From Podarcis filfolensis (lineage: Eukaryota): 64,000 nt of DNA. The stretch is taken from the NCBI GenBank assembly GCA_964270895.1, contig OZ185436.1, one strand, 5' to 3'. The translations under genes were made by a program, and so were the position numbers. Of the stretch, positions 62,433 to 64,000 are shown piece by piece; position 1 is the first letter of the stretch, and the number at the start of each line of letters is the position of its first letter. The notes below the pieces were generated by a model. It had not been told where the DNA came from and did not search any database. It saw only the letters and a list, made by a program, of their open reading frames with translations.

Positions 62433-62832
62433 CTATAAAGACAGGTGACATATTAATGTAGAATCGCAGAACTGAAGTAGGCTAGAAGGCAATTCCAGTT
62501 TCATTTCTTTTTTAACTATAATATGAGACAACTCTCAAATTAGAATCATCACTAGTAAAGTTCTGGTCTTTCAGTGGCAGATGTGCTCCTATTGAACCTT
62601 CACTACTTAAAATTTGAGGAGTGAAGTTACCAGAGGAATTATCCTTTTCACTGAAGACCAGAACATTTCTAGCCTTAAGTCTTAAACAGTGGTAATGTTA
62701 TAAAAGCAGACACACCTGTAAAACCAGCATACATATGACTGTCAAAAACCACTTACCTCCCAAGTAAGTATTTTGTATAACAGTTTGTAAAATGCATTAC
62801 ACACAAATAGGTATCTCTCAAAATTATATTAC

Positions 62833-62940
62833 CTTTTGCCACAGTAGAACAGTTCCTTTTCTATACAACAATGATTCGTTATTGTAGTTAATGTTGAACT
62901 GAGAAAATAAAATCTCATTCTTGTCACTTGCAACTGTTCC
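62833..62940 (-). CDS. THG1L: THG1L penultimate exon
   Basis: ccttAG|GGA...AAG|GTaata; 108 nt; [36 protein letters not shown]. Confidence 0.98.
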
Positions 62941-63215
62941 CTAAGGATAAAGAGAAAATTTTTTTTTTCTTATAAAAACACCACCACACAGCCATATGAA
63001 AACACTGACTCCTCTCCATCTAGATCTGAGCACTGTATTTGGAGACAGGATGGAGTATACACAACCCACCAGTCCCCTTTTCTGCTTGCATTTAGACAAA
63101 CAGTTAATCCTTATTTGTTCCACCTGGTTTTTAAACTTTGACAAGTGTTATATTCATACTAATATGGAGATAGGAAGATAAAGCTATTGGATATAGTTTA
63201 AAAAAAGATCTAACC

Positions 63216-63435
63216 CAGGGGTCAGTAACCTTTTTCAGCTGTGGGTTGGTCCACTGTCCCTCAGACCATGTGGTGAGCCGAATTATATTTGTGGGGGTGG
63301 GGGAATGAATGAATTCCTATGCTCCACAAATAACCCAGAGATGCATTTTAAATAAAATGACACATTCTACTCATGTAAAAACACACTGATTCCTGGACTG
63401 TCCGCGGGCCGGATTGAGAAGACGATTGGGCCCCA
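63216..63435 (+). mobile_element. Non-autonomous hAT element (hAT1/OposCharlie-like), 3'-truncated
   Basis: CAGGGGTCAGTAACCTTTTT...CACTGTCCCTCAGACC...GAATTCCTATGC; right TIR absent, replaced by a microsatellite. Confidence 0.7.
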
Positions 63436-63443
63436 GGTAACCT

Positions 63444-63476
63444 ATTCACTCACTCACTCACTCACTCACTCACTCA

Positions 63477-63512
<36 letters not shown>
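63444..63512. repeat. Compound microsatellite (CACT)n(CT)n(CA)n
   Basis: Directly visible. Confidence 0.95.
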
Positions 63513-63514
<2 letters not shown>

Positions 63515-63688
63515 CTTGCACTATGATAACTGTGTCACTTACAAACCCCTTCAACCTCATCCAGACTCCCAATTCTCATTGCCCATAACACTTGTGTAAT
63601 TTGAATGCCTGCACATGATGCTGGCATTAAAACCTCAAGCATGAGTGAACATACTACTTAGCATAATCTTGAAAGAAGACTTTCATAC

Positions 63689-63777
63689 CTGTAGTCGCTT
63701 TTGGGCTTGTACAGGTGTCAAGCCACCTCTCTGCACAAGAGTCCAAAATACTGTATTGTAGAGATTATTTATGTGGC
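63689..63777 (-). CDS. THG1L: THG1L internal exon (HINNLY motif); gene continues beyond the window
   Basis: ctgcAG|GC...CAG|GTatga; 89 nt; (C)[29 protein letters not shown]. Confidence 0.98.
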
Positions 63778-63884
63778 CTGCAGGAATGAAATAACAAACA
63801 TCAGACTACATTGGGAAGCACATTGAACAAGCTTTCTGCCACAGCAGTAGTTACTGAAGGACTTGTATACTATTATATGAATAT

Positions 63885-63995
63885 AAAAAAATTCCTTCCA
63901 GTAGCACCTTAAAGACCAACTAAGTTTGTCATTGGTATGAGCTTTTGTGTGCATGCACACTACGGCAGACCAACACGGCTACCTACCTGTAACTA
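63885..63995. mobile_element. Penelope-like (Neptune-type) pseudo-LTR remnant
   Basis: AAAATTCCTTCCAGTAGCACCTTAAAGACCAACTAAGTTTG...GAGCTTTTGTGTGCATGCACAC, joined to GGCAGACCAACACGGCTACCTACCTGTAACTA, which I recall as the same family's other end in inverted orientation. Inverted junctions are typical of PLE insertions. Confidence 0.6.
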
Positions 63996-64000
63996 TTATA

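Noticed and set aside
1-64000. CRISPR arrays, operons, rRNA or functional tRNA genes
   Set aside because: This is vertebrate intron/exon DNA; tRNA- and 5S-like segments are degenerate SINE heads only.

Overview
Eukaryotic (vertebrate) genomic DNA, almost certainly from a lacertid-type lizard: it carries two full-length Sauria SINEs plus squamate-type MITEs and L2/CR1 fragments. It comes from a scaffolded draft assembly with three N gaps. It covers the conserved CLINT1-LSM11-THG1L synteny block. The + strand carries the last six coding exons and 3'UTR of CLINT1 (epsinR). The - strand carries the complete 4-exon LSM11 gene (350 aa, U7 snRNP protein) with its CpG-island promoter, and the last three exons of THG1L (tRNA-His guanylyltransferase). 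All splice sites are GT-AG and exon phases join correctly. I found no additional protein-coding gene in the ~18 kb between the convergent CLINT1 and LSM11 3' ends, and most short ORFs in the track are noise or LINE debris. I did not find a convincing new multi-gene system. The best leads are a duplicated 83-bp hairpin-forming element in CLINT1 introns (candidate small RNA), a decayed Penelope-type hammerhead-ribozyme remnant, a hAT element resembling a horizontally transferred family, CTCF-like sites, a homeodomain motif cluster, and several motif changes in CLINT1 and LSM11. Orthologue and repeat-family comparisons are from memory, not database searches.
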